Shown piece after piece: positions 31,609 through 32,000 of a stretch of 32,000 nucleotides of DNA (position 1 is the first letter of the stretch; each line of letters starts with the position of its first letter). The DNA is from Dubosiella newyorkensis. Lineage in GTDB: Bacteria; Bacillota_I; Bacilli_A; Erysipelotrichales; Erysipelotrichaceae. The notes under the pieces were generated by a model. It searched no databases. It had not been told where the DNA came from and saw only the letters and a program-made list of their open reading frames with translations. Location of the stretch: positions 1-32,000 of the forward strand of contig NZ_MPKA01000047.1 of NCBI RefSeq assembly GCF_001945605.1. Reading direction: 5' to 3'. Both the position numbers and the translations under genes were made by a program.

Positions 31609-32000
31609 TCAAAAATAATCCGCGAACAATACCGGATCCATCACGATCGCTTTTTCGAGCATACCGACCATCCGCGCGTACGTTCCATTCTTGACCTCGA
31701 TCTTGTTTCTTCCTTCAATGAGAAGAAGCCGACCAAAAAGCAGCTTGGCCAGCTCGCCCTCGCTCATTTTCGCGGTGATCAAGTTCGTTTCATGCACCCG
31801 TTTCACCTTGTTGCCATGGATCTCATAAAGACCCGTGTTCCAAGGGGCGAAACGATCGCTCGTGATCTCGAGCGCGAACTCGATCGACGACTGGAACGGA
31901 TACATCTTCAAGAACTTTTCTACATTGATGATCCGCGCCATCATTCCGGGCAGCACGCGAACGAGCAAATTCTCTGGCCGATCGTCTAAAAGACGATACA
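31609..32000 (-). CDS. C-terminal part of an Eis-like GNAT acetyltransferase (SCP2-like C-domain), continues beyond the window
   Basis: The pattern LVRVLPGMMARIINVEKFL...YPF...LEITSD.FAPWNTGLYEI...LAKLLFG resembles the sterol-carrier-like C-terminal domain of Eis-family enzymes. The frame stays open to the window edge. Confidence 0.45.
   Translation of the reverse strand, partial: YRLLDDRPENLLVRVLPGMMARIINVEKFLKMYPFQSSIEFALEITSDRFAPWNTGLYEIHGNKVKRVHETNLITAKMSEGELAKLLFGRLLLIEGRNKIEVKNGTYARMVGMLEKAIVMDPVLFADYF

Noticed and set aside
31600-31989. Plus-strand 129-aa ORF at the right edge.
   Set aside because: It is the mirror of the Eis-like GNAT C-terminal domain on the minus strand, which has recognisable family features and a downstream terminator. 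The plus ORF has no RBS.
1-32000. Search for CRISPR arrays, tRNA/rRNA genes, IS elements, integrases, and toxin-antitoxin or restriction-modification genes.
   Set aside because: I saw no spaced direct-repeat arrays, cloverleaf-capable intergenic segments, transposase or recombinase motifs, or methyltransferase motifs in any frame. The frequent GATC-containing strings are dispersed, not arrayed.

Overview
This is a chromosomal segment of a Gram-positive, low/moderate-GC bacterium. It looks Bacillota-like: GGAGG ribosome-binding sites, a T-box leader, PTS sugar operons, lipobox lipoproteins and an ECF sigma/anti-sigma pair. I saw no rRNA, tRNA, CRISPR array, transposase or integrase.

Contents from left to right:
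- A frameshifted ammonium-transporter::PII fusion gene with a terminator in its short leader.
- PPK2.
- A compositionally foreign islet of about 2.2 kb. It holds an AAA+ ATPase with a DUF4143 / PD-(D/E)xK-like tail, a 58-codon ORF below the ORF-track cutoff, and an orphan promoter-terminator pair.
- A long minus-strand operon: T-box leader -> metY-metA-serpin lipoprotein-azlC-azlD.
- A trigger-factor-like gene lacking the ribosome-docking motif, preceded by a small very acidic protein and a shortened GH1-like gene that has lost both catalytic glutamates.
- Housekeeping genes: YoaK family, ArAE/FUSC-like, HD hydrolase, lipoprotein, DAHP synthase, PAP2.
- A PTS EIIC interrupted by one in-frame TAA, next to a DUF871/MupG-like gene.
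- Rubrerythrin.
- A truncated second DUF871 copy.
- The sucrose regulon scrA-scrB-scrK with divergent scrR and a palindromic operator array.
- A decayed flavin-reductase gene.
- An ECF sigma / zf-HC2 anti-sigma / lipoprotein operon whose sigma/anti-sigma boundary is created by a 10-bp tandem duplication.

GATC is roughly five-fold over-represented everywhere I counted except in the islet.

I do not see a complete, compelling novel multi-gene system. The best candidates for something new are the ATPase-nuclease islet, the Amt::PII fusion, the serpin embedded in a methionine operon, the TF-like/acidic/GH1-relic cluster, and the duplication-defined sigma/anti-sigma junction.
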